A DNA stretch of 64,000 nt from Lepidodermella squamata (lineage: Eukaryota > Animalia > Gastrotricha): NCBI GenBank assembly GCA_047495785.1, contig JBLDXI010000004.1, positions 2,790,001 to 2,854,000 of the forward strand, in the 5' to 3' direction. Below are positions 1-11,200 of this stretch, one piece after another (position 1 is the first letter of the stretch; each line of letters starts with the position of its first letter). Made by a program: the position numbers and the translations under genes. Under the pieces are notes generated by a model. The model saw nothing but the letters and a program-made list of their open reading frames with translations. It did not search any database and was not told the origin of the DNA.

Positions 1-321
1 CGATCGCTTTTTCGGACTTGGGACTTCGAAAATCAACGGCGGGGCTCGAGGTGGTTCGGAAGGCCATTGGTTTGGCATGGGCCTGCCGCATGGCTGCCTT
101 GGTTGAAACAGAGGAGGTAAAGCAGGAGGAGCGAACCGCTGCAGCATCGGCTGTTGCATTTGCTGCTGCATAGGCTGCTGCATAGACCACAACAGAGGCC
201 ACTGCATAGGCTGCTGCTGCTGCTGCATTTGATGCTGCATAGGTTGCTGCCGCATAGGCTGCTGCTGCATTGATGGCTGCTGCATAGGCCGATGCATTGG
301 CTGCTGGTCGCCAACTACATT
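1..321 (-). CDS. Internal exon of a Gln/Pro/Met-rich low-complexity protein (runs off the window start)
   Basis: Minus strand after a ttttttatgagcAG acceptor reads NVVGDQQPMHRPMQQPSMQQQPMRQQPMQHQMQQQQQPMQWPLLWSMQQPMQQQMQQPMLQRFAPPALPPLFQPRQ..., open to position 1. The listed 33..314 Cys/Ser ORF is another frame of this repeat. Confidence 0.55.
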
Positions 322-887
322 CTGCTCATAAAAAAATAGTTTCGCGACATTTTTTGACCATGAAAATCCTGTAATTCTTAGCGCAAAATAACTCGAAATA
401 TGTCGAAGTTAACCACGTTTTCCGAATGACGAAACAGAGCTATTGCCCACATTTATGGTCGTAAATTAATTAGAGTAATTAAGGTCAATGAGGGAAATTA
501 CGAGGGTCGCGTCACGGTTTGATCACTGTCGAGGCTCATCAAGACGGGGAGTGATTTGTCTTAGCTGTTCGACCCTCGAGCTCGAACAGCTCCAGCCTAA
601 TTACTTGATTGTTATTTCTGTGTTGCGGAGGTGTTCGAAGAATTGATCACAACGTCGAACAATAGCTTTCCGGACACCATAAAAAACGCAACTCTGAGGC
701 GCGTTTTTCAATGTTCTTTTCACTTAATTAGTTAGTATGTTATATGTTATAGTATGTTATAGGTTTGTAGAGTATGTTAGCTCAGTTATAAGGTACCGGT
801 GTTATAAGGTAGAAAACAAGCCCGTGTTGGCCGGAGGAAATTAGCTGATTTTTAATCCACAATTTTTGTAATTTATATATTAAACTA

Positions 888-3278
888 CAGGGAGTCCGTA
901 AAGTCGAGGCAATATAAATATGTAGCATAGTACATTACATAGCAAGGGAAAAATCGATAATCTTGTTTTTTTTTCATCGATCGTGATATAATAATAATAT
1001 GACTGTGAGAAAGACAGAGGCACTGAGCACTGCATGGCCAATCAGAGAATCCACTGTCACAGAGGAACGTTCTGCTCTGAATACAACAGAAGCAAAAAAT
1101 GAAGGGACCAAAAAGACGTTTTTTCTTGCGTTTCTTCAATACTGAAGATTATACTCTCCCCATTCCGTATGAATTTGCGGAATGAAAGATGCGCGCATAA
1201 GAATTTCTAAGCGTATGTAATCGTAGTGCGCACGCGAGAAAAAATATATGAATTATCCTCAAGAAACGACCATATACACATACTTTTATCAAAAACGCAT
1301 TGCCGCGATTTTCTTCTTGTCTATAAAAGATGACAGAGAGGTAGCTTCTAGAGCTTCCAGGCTTGATTGTTCCGGTCAGTCTTTGTTGGACCACAATCGT
1401 GGATAAATAAGGATTGTGGTCACATGGATAAATGAAGTAGGCTTCTGCTGCCGTTCGTGGATCGCTTCCTATTCGAAAATTTGCAGCTTGCTCTGACTCC
1501 CTAACCAGTTAGATCTCTATCGCTAAAAGTATCAAGTTCAAGGACGCAAGGACAGTGAGATCTCCGGCAGGTTGGGTGCTGGATAGTCGAGTGGTACCTG
1601 CTAAGGCAGTAGTACTCAAAGTCTGCCCCGCGGGGAGGGATTCAGGGTCATGGCGCGAGAATCAGCATATTTTAGGATATTTTCAGCCAAAATTACGGTA
1701 AAATACCGTTAGCTAAAGCTCGCTTCGCTCACAGGTGTAACTGAACTCACGCTTTCTGGAGTCTAATGTGAAATGGTTGAGCGATTTTTTCTAACTATTG
1801 GCTAATGAGAAAATAAGAAGAACAACATTTTTACGTGAATCCAAGTTGTGACCCGTGGGGAATAGGAATAGGGCGGTAATAGGACTTCAGCAGTTTTAGC
1901 AGAGATGAGCGAAGGGATGGTAGGAGTCATTCCTACCAGTTCAATCGGTTCGAAAAGTCGAAGACCAATGATTTTCAACATCTTAGCCACTTCTGCTGTC
2001 CCACTTCGCTCTCAGGTTGAAGGAAGCAACCTTTTTACCTCAGTAAATCCGCTTTGGAAGATAAATTCGCATACGATTATTCCTGCTGCAAGAGTAATTG
2101 GACGAGTCTAACACGACGGAGCGAACGAACAATTCATACAAATTGGTGGTTTCAAGGTCGAATACGCTTAATAAATGAAAACCCACCGGCGGGATTTTGA
2201 AATCCTACGGTGCTCGGTCAGATTACTCCGCGATTAATCTTTCTGAGAATTTTCAACCCGTTTCACCGTGCATTTAATTATTATTTCAATGAAAACCAGT
2301 CCTGGGTGAACAATTGCCCGCAGGACACACAATTTTCCGATGCCATTTGTTCAGCGAATGAAATATCAAGAATTCCCACGGTAAATAGCCGCATCCTTCA
2401 TTGCAGAGGAAAACAAGCCAATAAACGCGGGTATTTGCCGCATTGAATTTCGGGAAACTGCGTTAATTTGTTGCAAAAGCTACGTATTCCAGTTCAAAAA
2501 GAATAAGTTCACATTTTACCCAGCATACTCCTTATTATTATATCCTAATCCATACAAAAGACGCCTTATCGATTTTTCAGCGCGCTTGTTTTTTTAGCAA
2601 AATATGCAGATATGTTCTAAAGCGCTGCACAAAATTTCGAGGTAAAAACCTGGCCCCTTTGCGAACCGCACGGTAGAATTCCCGTTAGAAGGAGATTAAT
2701 GTTCTTTGTAGTAATTCTTATACTTTCACCGAAGGAAATCTGAAAATACACGGTGAAAGTAACGGACGAAACCAATTTTCATGACTTCACCAGCTATTTC
2801 CATTAGGTTTGAAAGTATTTCTGTGATCATCAGATGTGTTCACGGTAAAAATCGTTTAAACTTGGCCATCCACGAAGATGAGATGCTACAAATGAGTTGA
2901 CCGTGTACAATTAATTAATTCAAAGTGGAACGCTTGGAACCAAGTGATATTTGGGACAAAAACTCATTCCATCCGACATTAGATGTCTTCTTTAATCAAC
3001 TTTTAAAATTTCCTTCGGTTAAAATGTGAAGCTTATTAACAAAATCACTTTGGCTACAAAAAAGAATGAATCTACCGTCATGACTAGAATGATATCGCTG
3101 TTTTACGGTGAGAATTCGGTAAAAGCAACCTGGTTTTTCATGGTGTTCGCCTGGTTCGTACTTACATTATTATTATTATACGATCGATGAAAAAAAACAA
3201 GATTATCGATTTTTCCCTTGCTATATAATGTACTATGCTATATATTTATATTGCCTCTATGACTTTACGGACTCCCTG
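888..3278. mobile_element. Non-autonomous Tc1/mariner-like TIR element
   Basis: ~110-bp TIRs (CAGGGAGTCCGTAAAGTC... at 888; ...GACTTTACGGACTCCCTG ending at 3278) flanked by TA at 886-887 and 3279-3280. No transposase ORF inside. Confidence 0.85.
1578..1663 (+). pseudogene. Degenerate tRNA-Leu(CAA)-like sequence or tRNA-derived SINE head
   Basis: GCTGGATAGTCGAGTGGT(ACCTG)CTAAGGCAGTAGTACTCAAAGTCTGC resembles the A-box/D-arm and anticodon arm of tRNA-Leu(CAA). No intact B-box or T-arm. Confidence 0.3.
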
Positions 3279-3280
3279 TA

Positions 3281-3311
3281 GAAAAGACGGGCGCGCTAAC
3301 GCGCGACTCGT
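3281..3311 (-). other. Helitron 3' subterminal hairpin and start of the terminal CTAG
   Basis: Minus strand ACGAGTCGCGCGTTAGCGCGCCCGT is an imperfect GC hairpin, followed by CTTTT-CTA, then the inserted element, then G-T. Confidence 0.75.
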
Positions 3312-3504
3312 ATCTATTACTATATAGTCGCTAATAAAAAGTCGAGTTTGACAAATTAAATTCATTTATTATAAAAGCATTAAACATCGCCGGAAATATG
3401 AAATGTAAATAGCATTATACATTACAAGAAAATAGCGACCATTTAAAATCAGATCTGGTAACACTCACAATAATCTAACACAATTCGCCATCATCACTTG
3501 TTGC

Positions 3505-4104
3505 TGTTGGGGCCCGAGCCCGATTTTGGCCCGTACGCGCTCCGGCCGGCCCGTACGCAGACGGGTAGCATTGATTTGCCGCTCCGCGCTCGGGCCGGTT
3601 TAAAACATGCCCGTATGCGACGTTTACTGTAAATTTAATAAATTCGAGAGAATCACGCTTCACCGCACACGGGCCGGCCAAGGTGCCAGCCCGAGCTCGG
3701 CGGAGAACAATGGGATCCAGTGCTATTGTTCAGCGCCGTACTCGGGCTGCCGGGCTCGGGCCGGGACTTGGTAAAATTGTCGGGTTGGGCGTTGGTTGTA
3801 GGATGACCCGAGCCCGGCGACCCAAGCCCGACGACCCGATTCCAGAGGCCCGAGCCCGACGGCCCGAGTACGGCGCTGAACAATAGCACTGGATCCCATT
3901 GTTCTCCGCCGAGCTCGGGCTGGCACCTTGGCCGGCCCGTGTGCGGTGAAGCGTGATTCTCTCGAATTTATTAAATTTACAGTAAACGTCGCATACGGGC
4001 ATGTTTTAAACCGGCCCGAGCGCGGAGCGGTAAAGTGCCGTTACCCGACCGCGTACGGGCTGACCCGAACGCGTTCGGGCCGAATTCGGGCTCGGGCCCC
4101 AACA
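3505..4104. mobile_element. 600-bp foldback MITE with TGT...ACA ends and a 4-bp TSD (Ginger-like ends)
   Basis: Starts TGTTGGGGCCCGAGCCCG and ends CGGGCTCGGGCCCCAACA. TTGC is duplicated at 3501-3504 and 4105-4108. ~260-bp near-perfect inverted arms produce mirror ORFs on both strands. Confidence 0.85.
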
Positions 4105-4322
4105 TTGCCAAGAGAAATTTAAAAGAAGGAGTCAAATAATGATAATAATACAAAATAAAACAGCCTAATTTCCCTCTACGAAATAGTAAACATAATAATG
4201 GATGACGAATTAAGCTAGATTTCTGAAAGTGTTCGTAGCAAAATATGCATTTTATTGCGAGAAGATAACACGGAGATCACATTTTTCTATAAGCACATTT
4301 CATTTAAAATATCGAGGAAAGA

Positions 4323-5135
4323 TCACAGAAACACCTCACGGTAAACGATGTTTTTGGTATAAAATATATTTCTCTCTTCACAATGTCGTACATAGCAATT
4401 TAAATTTCGGAGGTCGGTCACACGCGAAAGGGCGACATAAAGCTGACCGTGTGAAAACGCCTCGCGCCGCTTGAGAGACAGGCCAACAAAATGGAAGGTC
4501 TGACCCTGGCTTTTGTTGATTGAGCAGCTGAAGGCTAATCGGACGGGAAACTGCCTTCGACGAATGACAACAGGTGTACCATCCTGATCAGCAATGAGAG
4601 GAATGCGTGGAATCTGAGCAATTGTTCCAGCAAAGCTCCCAGTAAGAATCTTGCCTTCGATAACGTTATGTCGTAATCGCTGAACAGATAGTCTAGTTCC
4701 ATTGCATAAACCTGATGCCGGGTCAAGATTTCTCAAGAGAATGATGGGAGCACCGACTTTCAGAACCAACTTGTGCGGCGGAAGGCTGGGTGGCGTGAAG
4801 GTATTGAGCAGCTCGGTGGGATAGAATTGCCGTAGATTAGGATTATCAACGGAATCGGCGCTCAAGTAAACCAACTCCTTCTGAGGCAGATCCTTCAAGA
4901 TGCGCTCGTTCAACAAATCGACCTCGTCGTTTCGAGTTGCTAATAGACAGCGTTCGGCTAAGTATTTCGTCTCGTGATAACGGGTAGGCAAGTCACCGTA
5001 AATAGCAGAAATCAGGTCGTTCAAGTTTTCGACGTTGTTAATAGGCTCTGGAAGGGTCACTAAATCTTGACCTAATTCGGCCGGCCCTTCAGCTAATCCA
5101 TCACCGACTCGCAGTAGCCATTCGGGAAAGCCCGC
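4323..5135 (-). pseudogene. Helitron RepHel, C-terminal half of the Pif1 helicase (separated from the rest by a LINE)
   Basis: AGFPEWLLRVGDG...LATRNDEVDLLN...LKVGAPIILLRNL...GLCNGTRL...RRQFPVRLAFSCSINKSQGQT...FSHGQLYVALSRV are Helitron Pif1 motifs IV-VI. Confidence 0.92.
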
Positions 5136-8100
5136 TCATTCTCATTCTCATTCTCATTTTTATTGCAAATTGTTTTTCAACAGTTAGCAAATAGTTAGGT
5201 TTAGTTTAGCAGAAAGTTGTTTCTTGGCGCCTCACCACAGAAGTCATGTAGTTTACCAATGAAGGCGAATTAAATTTTATATGTTTGCAAAAAGCACTGT
5301 GAGAGTTGTTAACCACGCAAGACGGCAGACGGTTCCACGCAGCACGCACGCGCCTGGAGAAGCTAAATTTATAGTTCAGGTTATTTCTAACCGCTTTCAT
5401 CGTCACAGAATGAGGAGGAAGGCGAGAGTTTCGGGAGATTATAAAAAAAGTCAGAGAAATTTATATCAATACAACCCTGATACATTTTATGCATTAGAAT
5501 GAGGTCATGTTGGAAGCGGCGAACCTCTAGCGTCGTTAAGCCCAATTTCTGTAGACGTTCCTCATAAGATGCACCCTCGACCGTTTCGTGATACGAGCTT
5601 CGATAGAGTAGTCTTTTTGTGAACCGCTTTTGTACCGATTCAAGGTCATCAATATCCTGTAATGAAAAAGGCGAGTACACGGCTGGACAGAAGTCCAAAC
5701 GAGATAATGTGTATGTTTTATACGCTCTAAATCGGAGGGCCTTAGACGAAAATGATTTGGCTATCATTCCATTAATACGATTACATTTCGCTGCGAGAGA
5801 CTGACAATGATCTGAAAAAGATAGCTTTGAATCGATAGTAACACCGAGATCTTTCACTGAGTTGACAACTTGCAGGTCCACACCATTGATGCTAAATTGA
5901 AACGGAAATTCATTTTTGCCCATTCTCAGTACGACACATTTTTTAGAATTAACAGACAATCCGTTATCGTCAAACCATTTGATTAACCGATCTAAGTCTT
6001 CCTGAAGTTCAAAGCAGTCTGTGAGATTACGAATGACCTTGTATAGCTTCGTGTCATCAGCAAATAACTTCATAATCGATTTCAGAATACACGAGTTCAC
6101 ATCCGATGTGTATATCAGAAACAATATCGGACCAAGAACCGAGCCTTGAGGCACCCCGGAAGTTACGGGGGACCATTCCGAGGCTTCAGAGTTGACAATC
6201 ACACGAAAGAAACGATCGGAAAGAAAAGCTTTTATCCAGCGAAGGAGCGCGCCACAAACGTTAATGTCAAGAAGCTTTGCTAACAACAATGTGATCGGAA
6301 CTGTATCGAAAGCCTTGGAAAGATCGAGGTAAATAACTACAACATCGAGGAGTTGGTCTAGAAAACCAAGCCAGTCGTTAGTACAAGAGAGGAGCTGCGT
6401 CTCGCAACATCTGCGCGATATGAAACCGAATTGGTTATCTGGGATCAAGTTATTCCTGTTCAAGTATATCAACAATTTGTCTTTTACAATAGTTTCCTGA
6501 ACTTTACATAGAATACAGGTTAGACTAACGGGTCTGTAATTCCCCGCCGAAGAAGCATCACCACTCTTCTTATAGATAGGAGCCACATTTGCGTATTTCC
6601 ACACAAGAGGAATTTCACCGGTCACTAATGATATTTGAAATAACAAAGATAAAGGCGTACAAAGCGATCGAGCTAGTTTTTTTATCAAGACGGCTGGTAG
6701 ATTATCAACACCACCTACTGGCTTTTCTTTGATCTGACAGACATAATCATACACCAAATCAGCAGTAAAATCTATGGTCTGAATACAGTCGTTTACAGCC
6801 TTAAAGTTCGGTGTAGCTGAGAATGACTTATTGTTGTAGGCTCCAGCGAATTGCTGCCTAAAGGCTTCAGCCTTACCTGAATCATCCACAATGCTAACGT
6901 TGTTCAAAACTAGGGCTGGAATCGCTGGGCGAGCTTTGAAACGCATAGAGAAGTAATTGTACAGATCATCAATTTTGTTAGCAGAGAGCAGATTTTCCTC
7001 GTAATTTCGTCTAGCCTTGCGATATTCACAATCATACATTAAGCAGGCCGCTTTATAGCGAAGAAAGTCAGATGATAATTTCCCACTTGCTCTCCATTGG
7101 CGGTACAGGCGACTTTTCCTATTTGATAACCGCTGAATGGCCGCGCTGACCCAGGGCATTCGCCCTTTCTTTCGCTTACGAGTCTTCCGTCGAGGTACGA
7201 ATAGCAAAATGCCTCGATAGATTGTGTGCAGAAACCGTGTGTAACAGGTGTCCATGCTGCAGTTTGAGAACATTACAAGCCAGTTTACCGAATCTACATA
7301 GTTCCCAAAGTTGACGTAGTCGCATTTCCGAAAGTTGAAGGCGCTCAAAACATGAGTCTTTGAACTTGATGAGCAAAATTCCACATTCATCCTGAATCTT
7401 ACAACATTATGATCACAAGAAGCCGCGAGCGGTTCATCAACTTCGACACACGAGACGATATTAGGAATATTAGATATGACTAGGTCGAGGATATTATCAC
7501 CACGCGTTGGTTTATCAACATATTGGATTAGATTATTTCTCAGAAAGAACTCGGTAAAACATGAGTAAAGTAATTTGCTAGGATTTTTGAACGTTACCCA
7601 GTTGAACTCTGGCAAGTTGAAGTCACCAACCATTACGCAGGGTTCTGTAGTATCGACTTGCTTTTGCAAGTAACTCACGAGATCACGAATGGATTCCATT
7701 GGCGAATTAGGTGACCGATATACGATAACCAACCGTAGCGATGTTCTATCGAGCTGACAAAGACAAGTGACACATTCTATATAGCCATCGAAAGAGAAGG
7801 TGCTAAGAAGGCGAGGATTGAGAGAGTGATGAATGAAGCCGGCTGACCCTCCACTTTTATGAGCGACTCTATTTTGAGTAAACGAGATGTAGCCAAGGCT
7901 TTCTAGCTCATTAGCGCTTTTCTTATCCTCTTTGAAGCCGGATTCTACTACTATGATAACAAGCGGAGGAGCGTCGCCAATTTTCATCAGCAAGTTGTCG
8001 ATCTTATTGTTAAGAGAATTAGCATTACAATAAAGCACAGTTACGAACGACATCAGATTGCGAGAAGCATTGCCTGTGGGGGCGCCAATTACCTATTTGG

Positions 8101-8251
8101 TGAATAGTTCAGAGAAAGCGAGCGAATTGCATACATTCACGCCTTTGTCGAGAGTATCGAAGAAGTCTTTACCGGACGGAGCTTTGTTTTTCACATGCAG
8201 TCCATATTTTCCCCATGAATCATGAAATAGGTAGTCAAAACGAGCAATAAG
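5136..8251 (-). mobile_element. CR1/L2-group non-LTR retrotransposon, 5'-truncated
   Basis: APE+RT ORF2, a 3' tail of AATAAAA(ATGAGA)n at ~5135-5165, and a 3-bp AGC duplication/microhomology at the junctions. Confidence 0.9.
5206..8053 (-). CDS. LINE ORF2: APE endonuclease + reverse transcriptase, with a +1 frameshift near 5445
   Basis: YCNANSL..VES..YRSP..GDFN..PTRGDNILDLV..CDH (APE); NYRPVSLT, QFGF, YLDLSKAFD, GVPQGSVLGP, LFADDTKLY (RT). The C-terminal FSRRVRAAWNRLP motif lies in the 5206..5406 frame. Confidence 0.92.
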
Positions 8252-11200
8252 GCTACAGCAGGATCGTCAATAACTCGCATGTTCTTCGAGAGAGTGAGCT
8301 TTCGGACTTGAGGCCAGAAATTAGACCGAGAGAGGGACTGTTCCACGATGCGATGGCGGCCGCCCTTGGGAACAACAGGTAGACACTGACGGAAATCTCC
8401 GCCGATGACAACTGTGAGACCTCCGAATAAGGATTGATTTTGACGGATATCCTTCAACGTTCGATTGACGGCTTCAAACGTGTATCGGCTCATCATCGGG
8501 CCTTCGTCCCAGATAAGTAATCTCGCACGTCGAATCAATTCAGCCAATGCCGATTGAGCTGATATTGAGCAAGTTGATCCCTCGCGGATGTTGATTGGGA
8601 TTTTGAACCGGAAATGAGCCGTTCGACCTCCAGTTAACAGCAGAGCAGCGATACCTGATGAGGCACAGGCTAATGCGATTTCCCCTCGAGATCGAACGGA
8701 GGCAAGTAGCAGATTGAATAAATAGGTTTTGCCACAGCCTCCTTGAGCTTGTAGCATGAAAACACCCGGCTCGTTGTTGAAAACAGCGTTCTCGATTTCT
8801 TCTTTCGCCGTCTTTTGATCTTCATTCAGTAAGGGCGTCTTTTCCAGGACAAAAGCCTTCAATTGCTCTCGGTCGTAGTCGGTTTCCTCTCGAATTAACT
8901 CAAACATTTGTTCCTCTGCAGCAGCAAGGGGCATTTGAGGGAAATCGGACAACGACTTGCTATGATAGTTAAGGCTGATTTCGATCTGAGCAAGCGCACG
9001 GTTTCGCATGCGGTCGGTGACATGAGTTAGGCCCTCGCTGTGCATGAAATCTTCGCAAAATTGGGTTTCAAATTGTTGCCACAGCAGATGCGGATTAGGC
9101 GGATTCGAGTAGATGAGATGCATGGCAAACAGCTTCCGAAGTTGAACCGGCATCTGGAATTGCACTGCCTCTAAAAGGCTATGTTCTACTTCATCATCAT
9201 TTTCTACCAGGCCTCGAGCTCGGCACGCGGCGATGAAAGTTGGATGAACAGTTCCCGCAACAGTTCTCAATGATTCGAACGAAGTGGGGCCTTTGACGAC
9301 GTGTAAAAGAAGTCGCAAAAAATAATTTTCGTGATTAGGGGAGCAGGTGTAAACACGACCAACACATCCGCGTCCCTTTAGTCGAGGTCCCCATTTCCTT
9401 CCCTTCGGGTGCCAGGTGAAGTCGCGGCAGATTTCGGGGTAAGTTAGAGTTCGAGCTAATTGATCATTCTGACAGATTTCGAAGAAAGCAGTCAGTTTAG
9501 TACGGCCCAGCGTGGCGAGATCAGGTGTACCATTATTCGGGTCAAATACGACTCGTTGCTGGTTAGGCAGATGAAGGTCGAGACGACAAATGGCCGGAAA
9601 TTCTTTATGCAGAGAGAAACCGAACAGCCGCCAACTGGCCTCAGACGTTGAAACGTATCGATCACGACCATCACGATAATTTGCTATTTCATCGATTGGC
9701 AAGGTTGGATCTCGCAGGTACATCAATATCCGATCATGACCTTTGTATACGTATTTGTAGAGGTATTTGACCGCGCGAATACCACTGCAAACTTCCACGT
9801 TGATATGACAGCCGTACTTCAGAGACAGATACGGGTTATAGGGTACAACCCAGCGGTTATCTAGTTCGATGCCACTTCGAGTTTTGAAGGTACGACCATC
9901 ATTCCGTCGCTGATAATTAGGATAGCCGTCTCGGGTGCAGTTTGTATTTTCGACGAAAGGTTTGGGGAAGTCTTTTGTACATTTGCCGTTCTCCATGCAT
10001 CGAGAGTCACATGGGCCATGCATCATTGATTTAGTGACGATAGAATGAAGCCGTGGATGAGTAATCGGATCAGGAATTTCCGCCCAGATAGCCTTGTCAA
10101 CTTCTTCCGGTGTAAGAGGGTTGTCTTCAGGAGCCATAATTAACAGAATGTGGGCGTGAGGAAGACCTCGTTTCTATAAAACAGAAAATAGACTATTATT
10201 AGCCTTAACGCGGATCGAACTAAATTTACCTGGAACTCAATGACGTGAATGTGAGCAGCAACTCGTCCTAGGATTTGTCGCTTAGTCAAGTCGTCCATCA
10301 GTTCTCGAAACTTAAGGCGGAAGACACGGGCGCATAAATCAGGGCGATCTGAGGCAGTCTGAGTTAGGACCCCGTTTTCGCGATGAAGTTCAGCTTCTAT
10401 TTCGGGCCATGCGGGGTTACAGGTCATAGTGACGAAAAACCCCGGATGATCGAAACTGCGGACCAAAGCCATGGCGTCTTGGTACGTTTGCTGCATAAAA
10501 CGCGGCGATCCAATGAAAGAAGAGGGTAAAACGGTGAGTTGACCAACACGATTGAGATCGCGGTCACCTTCAGCGACAGCATCGGCGAAGCCTTGGTATA
10601 GATCCGCCCGCAAAACATTTTGATTGTATTTAAGAAAGTTCAACCGCTGGGTTTCAATTTTGACCCAGGCATCGACGATATACTCCTGGAAAAGCCGGCC
10701 GTATAGTTGCAGATAGCTGCCTTCCCTCATCATTAGGCGATAAGCGTAGAACTCCATTGCTGTAATGTGGCTGCCACGGTAGCCTGCGTTGATCGGTATT
10801 TCGTCGGTGTAACCCAGGTCTCCTCGCGGAAACATAAGAGGATAGCGGAGAGGATCGTAATTAGCATTTCGCTCGTTGATACGACTCAAAGGACCACCAC
10901 GGAGGCGAAGAACAATATCACGACATTTCGCCTCTGGGTCCCAATCAGCACCTGGGAGAATTACTGCCAGTTCTTTCGCGTTAGGTAAATTATAACGACG
11001 ACGATCGACGTTTCGATCAGTTTTCAGCATCACGGCGATGTTTTCCGTGCTCTTTAACAATTCGGCGGCGTATTTGTAAATGTGAACGAAAGGGTTGGAT
11101 TGATGCATCATTTCCCTCAGGGTAGATACAATGACTGGATTGAGGTCCGGCATGTGGGTGAGGCGGTTGTTGATCTCATTGTCGGGATCATAAATGTAGA

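Noticed and set aside
3475-4122. Mirror-image ORFs on both strands
   Set aside because: Artefact of the GC-rich palindromic MITE.
8191-8251. Hydrophobic C-terminus of the 648-aa ORF (LLLVLTTYFM..)
   Set aside because: Read-through into the LINE 5' end, not Helitron sequence.
9650-9685. YRDGRDRYVS instead of the usual DGRYVS in Rep
   Set aside because: A possible 6-bp in-frame duplication, but it cannot be distinguished from family variation without sister copies.
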